Virus record (IMG/VR): IMGVR_UViG_3300020536_000010
Location: 15,038-79,037 of that record
DNA length: 64,000 bases
Origin: a virus
Reading direction: 5' to 3' (one strand)
The position numbers were made by a program, and so were the translations under genes. The notes beneath the pieces were generated by a model, which did no database searches, was not told the origin of the DNA, and saw only the letters and a program-made list of their open reading frames with translations. Shown piece by piece: positions 28,901 to 38,600 of the stretch. Within the stretch, counting starts at the first letter, position 1. Every line of letters begins with the position of its first letter.

Positions 28901-31900
28901 AAAGAATATTGCAGGCCAATGGACTTAAAATTCCAGTAGGAATGCCAAGATTTTCCATGATGCAAAGACTTCAAAAGCTAGTTTATGGTAAAAAAATGTA
29001 TGAAGAAAGACTTCCATTTACAGCCAAATATGGTCCAAAGGCTGGCAAATATACGATGCCACCAGTTAAAATTGGAAATAGAAGGGTTTGGCTAAATAAT
29101 AGTTCTAGTGACGGCTTAGTTGGCACTGCTGTTAAAGACCAAACACAATCTAAAGCAAGAAGAGATCCACCATTATATTTTGATAAAAGCACATACTTGA
29201 CGGCGGCTCATATGGAGCAGGCTGGGGTGTTAGGACAAAATCGCCAAGATTTTGAAAGAACTATGCGAATGCATTTGGCAGATATGCGTAGAACTGGATT
29301 TATTAGTCAGGCAGAAGAAAGGCAGGCACAATCTAAGTTAGTTAATCTATTAGATACCTATCAGACAAAACAAAAAGCAGAAGTTTTTGCTAGCTATAGA
29401 GACAAGGTTGAATTTTTACCAAAAACTCTTAATCCAGAATTTGATACAACAAAAATACCTATTAAAGAATACATGAAAGATTTTTCTAGAATGCCAAAAG
29501 GATTAATAGGTTCTGGGATTTTGACAAGGATTCCTGATGATGCCAATATCCCAAATAAAGTATTAAGAAGATATATTTTAACCTATAGAAAATCAGTGTT
29601 ATCTTCAATAAAAGCACAAATGAATGCTGGAGCAACAGAATTAACAAATGAATCAATGTACCCAGCTTTCCAGGCAGCTGAACGCAAAGCTGAAATGTCA
29701 ATTAAAGATCCAGGCATGAGAAGGCTTATACAACGAATTAATATGGAAAGCAATTTCCCAATGACAATTGGTTACAATAAAGCAGGCGGCTCTGGATACT
29801 CAAGAGGAAGCTCAATTCTTAAAGAAAAATCTTATCAAAAGTTATTGCAAAAATTAAGAGAAAGAGGGGACTCAAGGCTTGAAGCTATTTTCCCAGGAAT
29901 TCTAGATAAGGTTGACAAATATTATGTAAGTCAATCTAATATACAGGTTCCTAGAGATATGAAGGGGCAAATACAGCAATATATAGCAAATATGCCTGGA
30001 GGCAGAAATCAAAGAATTGCTACCTTAAATCAACTAATAGAAGATCTTCGTGGACTAACTCCATCACAAAAAAGAGATGTGCTTAATAGGTTTATTTCTG
30101 GTCCAGTTCCTGATATAAAGCCAAAGACTAGTCTGCCATATCCAGTAAAGACACCTGTAGAAAGAAAAAAGGTAAGTCCAAAAAATTCATTTACAAATAT
30201 AGACGATATAACTTCTCAAGCTTTTCTTCGCCGTAAAGGATTTTCTGTTGGATCACTAACAAGGATGCTATTGCCACTAATAGGACTTGCTGGCATTGCA
30301 CAATTGTTCGGATCTAGTGGAGTTCTTAAAGCAGCAAACGGTGTGTTTTCAGTTCCAGGGCCAAAGGGTGCAGGCGACATAGTCCCTGCAATGCTTTCTC
30401 CAGGGGAATCAGTAATTCCTGCTAGACAATCAGCTAAATATGCCCCATTAGTTCAAGCAATGATTAATGATAGCGTACCTGGATATAACGATGGTTTGCC
30501 TCCAAGTGTTGCAGCTAAAATGGGATTTAGAACACCAGCAGATGTTAATATTGCTAATTCACAAGAACTTGCAAAACAAACTGCAAAGGCAGGCGTATCG
30601 GAAAATCTTAAAAAAGCTGGAGCATTTGTTTCTAAAGTTGCCAAATCAACTGGGCAAAGGGCTATTGCTGCAGCTAACAATTCTCCAGTTTTAGCAGCTT
30701 GGGCAGCAAAAACTTTTGGCAATGATATTGCAACTACTGGAGGAAGAACTTTTGAAGCAGGTACTGGTGCAGAAATAAGGACAGATAAGCGTGGTATACA
30801 ATATGGGTACATTCCTGGTCAGGGAAGAGTTTCTGTAGAGACTGCAAGAACAGCACAGGCAAATGTCAACCAAGCTGCAGCCCCAAGAATGCCTGGTGCT
30901 GGAGCTGGCATGGGCCTTTCTGTGCTTGGTATGGGTGCAATGGCATATGGAATGTCTGGACAGCCAGGTTCTCAAATAGCTGGGGCACTCTCCATGCCAT
31001 TAATGCTAGCCCCTATGCTTTTGCCAATGCTTGCAAATCCAATTGGCAAAGTCATCGCTGTTCTTGCATTATTTGCTGGAGCTATGTTCTTCTTACAAGA
31101 ACAACTAAAAAATGCTCGCAAAGAAGGAATAAAAACTGCAGAGGCAATGACTATGACTGCAGAAAAACTACAAAAGATTTCTGAATTTTCTGGCAAGGTC
31201 ACTGCGTCTGAACTAGCAGAGCGAAAGAGAGAAGATCAATTAACTGGTCAAGGATCTATAAAACGTCAATTTGGTCAAACATTTTTAGAATCAGACATTG
31301 GCAAACAAATGCTAGCAGATGTTTCAAATATGCCTGGCAATAGAGCATCAAATATAGCCAATCAATTATCTTATGCAGTTCTTCAGGGTGCATTATCTCA
31401 ACAGCAGGCAGCAAGCATTGGTGCCGCACTTAGTACTGAATTAAAAGATTTTTCAATTACAACAAAAGTAACAGGTCAACTAGCTGCTTTATTTGGACCA
31501 AATGGTCAAAATTTACTAAAAGATCCTCTAGAAATTGCAATTGCTATCCAAGAGCAATCTGGCAGAGAGCAAGAAAAGTCCTATGAAAATGCAATTCAAA
31601 AAATAGAAGATAATGCAGCTATACATGGTGGAACTATTGGAAACTTAATTGGCGGCGGCATTATGACTGCCGCTGGTGCAGTTATGGTTGCCACAGGATT
31701 CCTTGCACCATTAGGTCTTGCAATTAGTGCAGCTGGAATAGGAACTATGGTTGCATCTGGAATTAATGAGGGGGTTGCAGATGGGATTGAAAATGCAAAA
31801 GCTGCAGCTATTGCAATTATTGCTGGAACAGAGCAGATTCGACAAAATCAAGGGCTGCTGGATTCAGTAGAAAGTAGATATAATACCCAAATTGATGAAC

Positions 31901-34900
31901 TAGAAGCTAAAAAAGAATCTGCAAAAACAGATAAAGAACGTTTAGAAATAGAAGATAAAATAAATTCTAAAATTATAGAAAGAGATAATGCCCTTGTAAA
32001 GCTTAAAGGGAAAAATGATGAAATTTATAATAATTTAATAAAACAAGCCAAACAATTAGGCCCAGAAAATTTTCAAGCAACATTTGAGCAAGCTTTAGAT
32101 TATAGAGCAGAAAATGCTCCACAAATAGTTAAAGATCAACTTGAAATTGCAAAGTCAGCACTAAAGGGGATGGAAGACAGTGATTTTAAAATTAGCTTAC
32201 AGCTTGGGCTATTGTCTGAAGAATTTGATGCAACCACAGTTACTAATTTAATTAATTTAAATAAAGAGTCCAATGGAGAGATTGAGAAAAGCTTTAAGTT
32301 ACTTGTAAGAGCAGAAGGAACTGCAAAAGCCAACCAGCTTATGCAAATTTTAAGCTCCTCCAACCTAACAGCAACAGAGGTTGATGTAATAATGAATTAT
32401 ACAATGTCTAATAAACAAGATTTTGATACTGATTTAGAAGCTATTTCTCAGATTGTCGGAATGGCTGGAGAGTATGGTCTTGTTGTTAAGCCAACAGTAG
32501 AAAACATAGAAGAAGTCGGAAAATTTATTAAGGAAACAGAGAATTTAGATACTGGTAAGCCAATTACAAGAAAAATACTTACTCAGTATCTAAAAGAGGG
32601 TGAGGGGGCAGACGGAAAGCCACTTAGTGCAAAGGCAATAGAAGAGCTTCAATATATGTTGGATAATTGGGATGTTCTTACAAATGGAACGAATAAGCTT
32701 AATTATCAGGTCATGGTCGATTTCTTAATTGGAAATGCTAGCGATGCTGCAATTCAAGCTTTTTATTTAGCAAATAATCCAAAAGAATACGCTAAATTTA
32801 TGGAGGGTGGACCACTTATTAATACCCCAGATGGTCCAGTAGGGTTTATAGATGAAGATGAAAGAGCAAAGATGCGAGCCTATTTCTTTGGACAGGGCAG
32901 CGGCGGCGATAATGATGACCCAGGTGAGGGAACACCCCCTGGTGGAGACACAGGAACCCCAGAAAATGTGCTAAAGCAATATGCAGATAGGTTAAAACGT
33001 ATTCGCAATGCAGCAATTGATACCACAGGAACTGTGGATGAATTAATTAAAAGATTTAATATTTTAATGAAGCCTGGCTCAGCAACATCTACACTTTTCC
33101 GTGGCACTGACCAAAAACTATTATTTGCTGGATATAGCAAACAATTTATTGATGCTGTAATGTCAATGGATGAGGCAACAAGGTCTAAATTTGTATCTAT
33201 TAAAAATGGAATCATAAAGGTTACTCAAGCAGGAAAAGACCTTAATGCTGCCATGTCTGAAATAACACTTGGTGATGCTCAATTTAATATTGCTTCTGGC
33301 GTAGCAGACGTTAGAATGCAAATGCGAGCAATGGAAATATTAACCAAAGACTATGGAATGTCGGCTAAAGAAGCTTTTGAAATGGCCAAAGATGCATCTC
33401 TTGCATATGCAATAGTTACCAGAGGAACATCTGGTGAAATTCAAGATTTAATTAAGTGGACTGAAACACTTAGGCAAGAAAATGAAAAATTTGCAAGGTC
33501 TACCCCAGAAGGAATGCAGGCATTCTTAAGGGGTGAGCTAGATAAGGTTTTAGGGGCATTAGATCTTGCAGATCAATATTTCCAAGCTCAAGAGCAGGCT
33601 GTAGAAAGAGACTTCCAAGACAAGATTGACCCAATTGCAAAATTAATTCGTGCAGCAGAACAAGACATAGTTAATTATCAAGACAAGATTGACGATCTTA
33701 ACTATCAGCTAACATTAATTGAAGATCAAGAAAGCAAAATTAATGATGAATATGATAGAAAGTTAGAAGCTTTAGATAAAATTGAGCGAGCTAATGACTC
33801 TATTGCTGCACAGCAAAAGTCTCAGTTAGCATTAGCAGATGCACTTAGCCAGGGAGATATTTCAGCAGCAGCACGGGCAGTTCAAGAGATTAGATCCCAG
33901 GCAGCATCTGACAGTATTCAGTCACAAAGGAATCTTCTTGAAGAAGATAGACAAAGAAGGCTTGATGCGTTAGCGGTATCACTTAATGGAAAACTTCTCA
34001 CTAGAAAACAGATTGAGGAAGAAATAAAGACATTGCAGTTCGAAATTGCTAAGATTGAAGAACAAAGGCTTGAGCCAAATCAAAAGCTTGTAAGAGAATA
34101 TGAAATACAAAGAGATCTTGCTTTGGAAGCAATTGGTGAAAATGGATACCTTGGAAAGACAAAAGCTGAGTGGGACAAAATTGCAATAGCTGCAAATAAG
34201 GCTACTGTTGAGTCAAAGGCATTTAATGATTCTGTTGTTGCAATTCTGTCATCAATAAAGGGATTTACTTTTGGTCCAGATGGCAAGCTGCTACCATTTA
34301 ATATAGAAGAATTTAAACAAGGTCTAACCCCACCAGAAAGCCCTAGCAGCGAAGAGCCAAATACAAATGAAAATCCTGAAGATAGCATATACACTGGCCC
34401 ATCACGAGAAGAGCTTCGTAAACAACTTGACGCACTTTATATAAAAATTAAAAATGCCGAGGCCTACATAGCTAAAATGAAAAAAGCTGGAAAACGTTTA
34501 GAAGCTGCAAATGCAACAGATAAATTAAATCAATATCTTGCTGAAGAGAAAGCACTGAGGGCACAATTTAATGCAGCTCCTATGGGTGGTTCTGGTGGAG
34601 GTGGTGGTGGTCCAGCCCAAATGATGATGGCTAAAGGTGGTATGGTTCCAAAATATCTAAGAATGGGAGGTCTATTACCATATAAAGCTGAGGGTGGTTC
34701 AATATTTAAGCCATTGGGAACAGACACTATTCCAGCAATGCTTACTCCTGGAGAATTTGTAGTTCGTAAATATGCCGTAGATAAATTTGGCGTAGATAGG
34801 CTAAAGGCCATAAATAGTGGCACATACAAGGGTGACTCAGTGTATAATTATGAGGTAAGTGTTAATGTCCAAACTGACGCAAACCCTGATCAAATTGCCA

Positions 34901-34962
34901 GGGCAGTTATTGGACAAATAAGACAGATTGAGTCCCAAAGAATTAGGGGGAATAGGTTCTAA
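25975..34962 (+). CDS. Tape measure protein with internal cargo domains
   Basis: 2995 aa, largely helical and Ala/Lys-rich. TP901-type core (AMKEGGINASEGANALKSGL), hydrophobic segments, C-terminal GTDTIPAMLTPGEFVV motif; RBS AGGAGGTG. Confidence 0.9.
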   Translation: MADDIRSDIRIGVDTSQAIAEIKQLQRQISQLNTQLIKSGAQQAQSAQNIQRDLIKNINSTGKFAANVRTISTTAESFTTALERNKLSMGEYFRYAGASTKTFGRLFKNEFATIEKVARERVKTLQTQYIKLGRDANGAMKAISVRPLALDMESLATKTALAAQRQQLFNQLLKQGSTNLLNFGKNTQWAGRQLMVGFSIPLAYMGAAAAREFRKIEEQAIRFKRVYGDAFSTQAETDKALENMKQLADEFTKYGIEVNKTLELAADVAQMGLKGADLRAQVTEATRLAVLGEVEQQEAMAATISVTNAFGTAAEDLAEKINFLNAVENETVTAIQDLTIAIPKAGPVVKQLGGDVEDLAFFLTAMKEGGINASEGANALKSGLASLINPTDKAAAMLQGFGINLRQIVEVNKGNVTGIVIDFAKALDTLDPLSRARAIEQLFGKFQFSRLSTLFQNVVKEGTQASKVLALASKDAGELAIIAERELKRVEESPLFKFQKQLEKFQAALAPLGEQFLKAITPLLEFGTDVLKNFNNMSEGAKQFAVIAATVVAGIGPVFLMMFGLIANGAANIIKLFANLARIFTGVGKNSKDLGISTEYMTQQQLEAAAVAASLNQTHSKLIQTFTSEAAAIDKLAISYGKAILQQSRLLGVDPVTGVPLGAGPKARPPKKLARGIVSVPGPKGAGDVVPAMLSPGEAVIPTKQSQKYAGLIQGMIDDNIPGYSVGRNPFAGLLRKNQNNPIGTVLNFILGRGKSLTEYEGMAARRFLRSRPNIAVRMPMDKFSELASTPGQRYKSLFETGFSKAGDTTAKRAQAEAKIFGLPENIDPSMRPVYGYLYKKERGLYDPRLPLRTRLANKLFGRAGSSTRGSELRHIFGSTGSLMNPKTFNYGNIAMLLNKRKVGKRTTFTFGDSYQSRNNEYATPAPFGTLSARKIKGAYTSKDKDFFEAQIMGGFTLKDVRRIVATEPALIPQIQRILQANGLKIPVGMPRFSMMQRLQKLVYGKKMYEERLPFTAKYGPKAGKYTMPPVKIGNRRVWLNNSSSDGLVGTAVKDQTQSKARRDPPLYFDKSTYLTAAHMEQAGVLGQNRQDFERTMRMHLADMRRTGFISQAEERQAQSKLVNLLDTYQTKQKAEVFASYRDKVEFLPKTLNPEFDTTKIPIKEYMKDFSRMPKGLIGSGILTRIPDDANIPNKVLRRYILTYRKSVLSSIKAQMNAGATELTNESMYPAFQAAERKAEMSIKDPGMRRLIQRINMESNFPMTIGYNKAGGSGYSRGSSILKEKSYQKLLQKLRERGDSRLEAIFPGILDKVDKYYVSQSNIQVPRDMKGQIQQYIANMPGGRNQRIATLNQLIEDLRGLTPSQKRDVLNRFISGPVPDIKPKTSLPYPVKTPVERKKVSPKNSFTNIDDITSQAFLRRKGFSVGSLTRMLLPLIGLAGIAQLFGSSGVLKAANGVFSVPGPKGAGDIVPAMLSPGESVIPARQSAKYAPLVQAMINDSVPGYNDGLPPSVAAKMGFRTPADVNIANSQELAKQTAKAGVSENLKKAGAFVSKVAKSTGQRAIAAANNSPVLAAWAAKTFGNDIATTGGRTFEAGTGAEIRTDKRGIQYGYIPGQGRVSVETARTAQANVNQAAAPRMPGAGAGMGLSVLGMGAMAYGMSGQPGSQIAGALSMPLMLAPMLLPMLANPIGKVIAVLALFAGAMFFLQEQLKNARKEGIKTAEAMTMTAEKLQKISEFSGKVTASELAERKREDQLTGQGSIKRQFGQTFLESDIGKQMLADVSNMPGNRASNIANQLSYAVLQGALSQQQAASIGAALSTELKDFSITTKVTGQLAALFGPNGQNLLKDPLEIAIAIQEQSGREQEKSYENAIQKIEDNAAIHGGTIGNLIGGGIMTAAGAVMVATGFLAPLGLAISAAGIGTMVASGINEGVADGIENAKAAAIAIIAGTEQIRQNQGLLDSVESRYNTQIDELEAKKESAKTDKERLEIEDKINSKIIERDNALVKLKGKNDEIYNNLIKQAKQLGPENFQATFEQALDYRAENAPQIVKDQLEIAKSALKGMEDSDFKISLQLGLLSEEFDATTVTNLINLNKESNGEIEKSFKLLVRAEGTAKANQLMQILSSSNLTATEVDVIMNYTMSNKQDFDTDLEAISQIVGMAGEYGLVVKPTVENIEEVGKFIKETENLDTGKPITRKILTQYLKEGEGADGKPLSAKAIEELQYMLDNWDVLTNGTNKLNYQVMVDFLIGNASDAAIQAFYLANNPKEYAKFMEGGPLINTPDGPVGFIDEDERAKMRAYFFGQGSGGDNDDPGEGTPPGGDTGTPENVLKQYADRLKRIRNAAIDTTGTVDELIKRFNILMKPGSATSTLFRGTDQKLLFAGYSKQFIDAVMSMDEATRSKFVSIKNGIIKVTQAGKDLNAAMSEITLGDAQFNIASGVADVRMQMRAMEILTKDYGMSAKEAFEMAKDASLAYAIVTRGTSGEIQDLIKWTETLRQENEKFARSTPEGMQAFLRGELDKVLGALDLADQYFQAQEQAVERDFQDKIDPIAKLIRAAEQDIVNYQDKIDDLNYQLTLIEDQESKINDEYDRKLEALDKIERANDSIAAQQKSQLALADALSQGDISAAARAVQEIRSQAASDSIQSQRNLLEEDRQRRLDALAVSLNGKLLTRKQIEEEIKTLQFEIAKIEEQRLEPNQKLVREYEIQRDLALEAIGENGYLGKTKAEWDKIAIAANKATVESKAFNDSVVAILSSIKGFTFGPDGKLLPFNIEEFKQGLTPPESPSSEEPNTNENPEDSIYTGPSREELRKQLDALYIKIKNAEAYIAKMKKAGKRLEAANATDKLNQYLAEEKALRAQFNAAPMGGSGGGGGGPAQMMMAKGGMVPKYLRMGGLLPYKAEGGSIFKPLGTDTIPAMLTPGEFVVRKYAVDKFGVDRLKAINSGTYKGDSVYNYEVSVNVQTDANPDQIARAVIGQIRQIESQRIRGNRF
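27994..28146 (+). repeat. Direct repeat copy 1 (~50 aa, SVPGPKGAGDVVPAMLSPGE...PGY) inside the tape measure gene
   Basis: Matches 30334-30486 at protein level and partly at DNA level; 2340 nt apart and in frame. Confidence 0.9.
30334..30486 (+). repeat. Direct repeat copy 2 (SVPGPKGAGDIVPAMLSPGE...PGY)
   Basis: See copy 1; a more diverged third copy lies near 34717-34800. Confidence 0.9.
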
Positions 34963-35603
34963 TGGCTACATCAGCATATATGGCAGGTCGTAAAAAATAT
35001 CAGCGACCACAGGCTATGCTTTGGTCCAACAACTCTGGAACCCTTTCAAATGGCTTTTATATACCCAATGGATTAGAAATTGGATCAGATCCAGGAGCTG
35101 TTACAGATGAATCATTATTGGATGAGTTTTTAATTTTATCTGATGATAATAGAAGGCCAATTGAGTTTAGCCCAACTAGAATCGAAAATCGTAGAAGAAT
35201 GGTTAATGGTCGTATGAGATCGTATCACATTGCAGATAAGCTAACTATTTCTACATCCTGGGATATGCTTCCATCTAGATCTTATAAGTTAAGGCCAGAC
35301 TTTGTTCAGGCAACTGGAAAATCAGAATATTATAATGATAGAGATTTTGAGTATACTACTGATGGCGGAGCTGGCGGAGTAGACTTAGTAAATTGGTATG
35401 AAAATCATAAAGGATCATTCTGGGTATTTCTTGCTTATGATAAGTATTCTGTTTTTGGAGATGATGATGCAGCCTACGCTCATCTAGGAAAATACAATCA
35501 GTTAATAGAAATGTTTATATCTGACTTTTCCTATAGTGTTGTTAAGCGTGGTGGCACAACACATGACTTTTGGAATATTTCGGTAACGCTGGAAGAGGTT
35601 TAA
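34962..35603 (+). CDS. Putative distal tail protein
   Basis: First gene after the tape measure gene; coupled; size fits. Confidence 0.55.
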   Translation: MATSAYMAGRKKYQRPQAMLWSNNSGTLSNGFYIPNGLEIGSDPGAVTDESLLDEFLILSDDNRRPIEFSPTRIENRRRMVNGRMRSYHIADKLTISTSWDMLPSRSYKLRPDFVQATGKSEYYNDRDFEYTTDGGAGGVDLVNWYENHKGSFWVFLAYDKYSVFGDDDAAYAHLGKYNQLIEMFISDFSYSVVKRGGTTHDFWNISVTLEEV

Positions 35604-38600
35604 ATGTTTCAAAATGAAGAACTTTTAGACCATCTACAAACATCTTCTGTAATTAGAACCAATTCTGCAGTCATTGCTGAATGGAATATGAACATTGCAG
35701 AAAATATTTTAAAGATTGGTAATTATAGATACCGCCCATCAGAGGGGCCGTCTACAAAGTACGGACTTCCAGTGTCTGCATTTGATGAAATTGATAACGG
35801 TAATTTTTATACTAATGCCACTGACGCTGATGTAGTTATTGATGGTGGGTTAGATGATGAAGGTATACCACTAACGTTTACGTCTAAAAAACAAAAAGAA
35901 AAACTATTATATTCTTTAGAAGATTGTTTTGGAAAATTTAGACCAAGATCTGGAATAAATAAGCTTAGATATTTCAAAGATAGTTTTAGTCATTTTACAA
36001 ATATTAATATGATTAGACGACCTAGATATTATATGGCACACAAAGATGATTCATTTAAATACTGGTCCTCATACAGGACGGAAGATGGCATTGAGCGTGG
36101 AATAGCAAATAAATTAATTAATGGACAACACTTTATTGATGACGCATCACCATTTGTTGTATATAAGAATATTGTGCCATCCAATAGAATTATTGTAAAA
36201 ATGCAAACAAATGTTGGAGAGATTGATCTTGGACCTTTTGTTAATAATGCTGGCTCATTTTCAGATCCATTTTATGGAAATCAGAATCAAACTACTCCAG
36301 TAAAATGGAAAGTCCAAATATTAAAAAATAATAATTGGACAGATATAATTTCATTTAATTCTGCATCAGCAAGAAGAGATGGTAGTCCAATTATAGGGCC
36401 AGATGGCTATGTAGAACTTTCTTATGGTCTTAAGATTCCAGAACGATACCGTGATATTTTTATTAAAGCAGAAGAATACACAACAGATACTTTCTTGCCA
36501 GAACAATCAGTTAATGGCTATGCCTACTTAGTTAAAGAGCAAGAGTCTGATCTTGGAACATATCATATATGGATAAATGAATTTAACGGATATCAAACAT
36601 TTACTCCAGAATACGGATGGTATTTAGAAGAGTCTCAGGTAGATAGGCTTACAAACTTTGTAACAGACTTAACTGCCCCAGTTTCATATCAGGACACTAC
36701 TACTGGACAAACAAAATATAGAGAATTTGAAGAGATTTCTGGCATTAGGATAGTCATTGATACGATGAATAAAGTAGACTCAACGTTTGATCTTATTGAG
36801 CTGTCACCTAGACTAGTCGTAGACATATCAGAAAAGGTTGAATCCTTTAGTTTAACAAAATCTGCATCTGACCTAGGCAACAGCGGAATGCCAGTTGGTC
36901 AACTATTGGCTGGTGTTGGAACTATAGAGCTATTTGACTATGACTTAGCATTTAGCTCAACAAACACAAATAGTATAATTAAAAATTATTTAACAAAAAA
37001 TATTCAGTTTAAGCTTTATGAAATAGTTATTGATGTTAATGGATCTGATTATTATATTCCAATTAAAACAATGTATTCTGAGGGATTTCCAGAAATAAAT
37101 ACAAATGATAGGTCTGTTTCTCTTAGCCTTAGAGACCTTTTCTTTTATTTTGAGTCAAAAACTGCACCACAAATACTTGTACAAGAAGCATCATTAAGCT
37201 ATACCGTATCAATGCTGCTTGACTCAATAGGCTTTTCTAATTATTTATTTAAACGAATAGATAATGAGTCAGAGCCAATTATTCCATACTTTTTTATTGC
37301 ACCAGATAAAACAGTTGCACAGGTTCTAAATGAAATTGCTATATCTACTCAAAGTGCCATGTTTTTTGATGAGTACAACAATTTGGTTGTAATGACAAAA
37401 GAATACATCTTGCCATCAAATGATGAAAGAGATGTGGATATTGTTCTTTATGGAACTAAAGATTTTGAGGCAGAAGGACAAATTTCTAACAAAACCACAA
37501 ATGCAAAGCTTGCAAATATTGTAGAAATTGCTAGTCAAAAAGATGATGTTTTTAATGATGGGAAAATAACTTATTCTACAAGATATATTCAAAGATCTGT
37601 TGGGTCAATCAGACAAGCAAGTATGATTGACCAAGACAAAGTTTGGATTTATAAGCCAGCTTTGCTTTGGGAGGTGGCAGGAACCGAAAATACTAAATCA
37701 CAAAATGACGTACTTGGAAATCAGTCAAGTTATGCATTGTCTGCAATACCACTTAAATCAGATTTGCTAGAGACTCCACCAACTGTAGTTAATGGAATTA
37801 TACAAAATAATACTATGGATTTTGGTGAAAGTGTTTATTGGATGACAAGGTATAATGGATATTTTTATGCTAATGGAGAAGTTATCAAATATGATGCCAT
37901 TGAATTTGAAATTCCTGGAGTACAAAAAAGAGTTGTTCAAACAAATAATAATGGAGATTTATCTTTAAATATTGTAACTTCTGGAGGCATTGGCAAGGTA
38001 TGGATTACAAGCGTAAGAGAGTATCAAAAATATTTTGCACAATTACCATTTAATGGGAAAATGTATCCAACAGGAAGAGTCAGAATATATTCTGAACCAA
38101 ATTATAGAACTATCAATGGACAAACTACCCTTGCAAATGGTGCCGTAGCAAAACACGGTAGAGGTCAATTTGGAACGCCAATTGTTAGTCATTATGCTGG
38201 TCTATCTTCTTATTGGACATCAAATTCAAATGTTCGTGGCTGCACTATGAAAAGCTCACAGCTATTTGGAACAGCAATTGAAACTTCTATCTCTGTTGGT
38301 GCAGCAGGAATTAATAACGCACTGGCCCAAACATCTTCTAGAACTGGCATTATTAAAAACTTGCTAACATATACTCCGTCATATGAAAATATTTCTAAAA
38401 ATATTATTGCCCCAGGAACAGTCCAGTCTTCTGCCTTAGTATTTACTGGGCCATCGTTTACAACCACTGAAACCCCTATAGATTTTATATCATATGTTTA
38501 TAAACCACTTAATACATTACAAAATAAATTTAAACATTTTGGATCTAGAATTCGTCTTATTGGAAAAGTTGAAAATAACGAAAACAGTAGTCAAAGTCCA

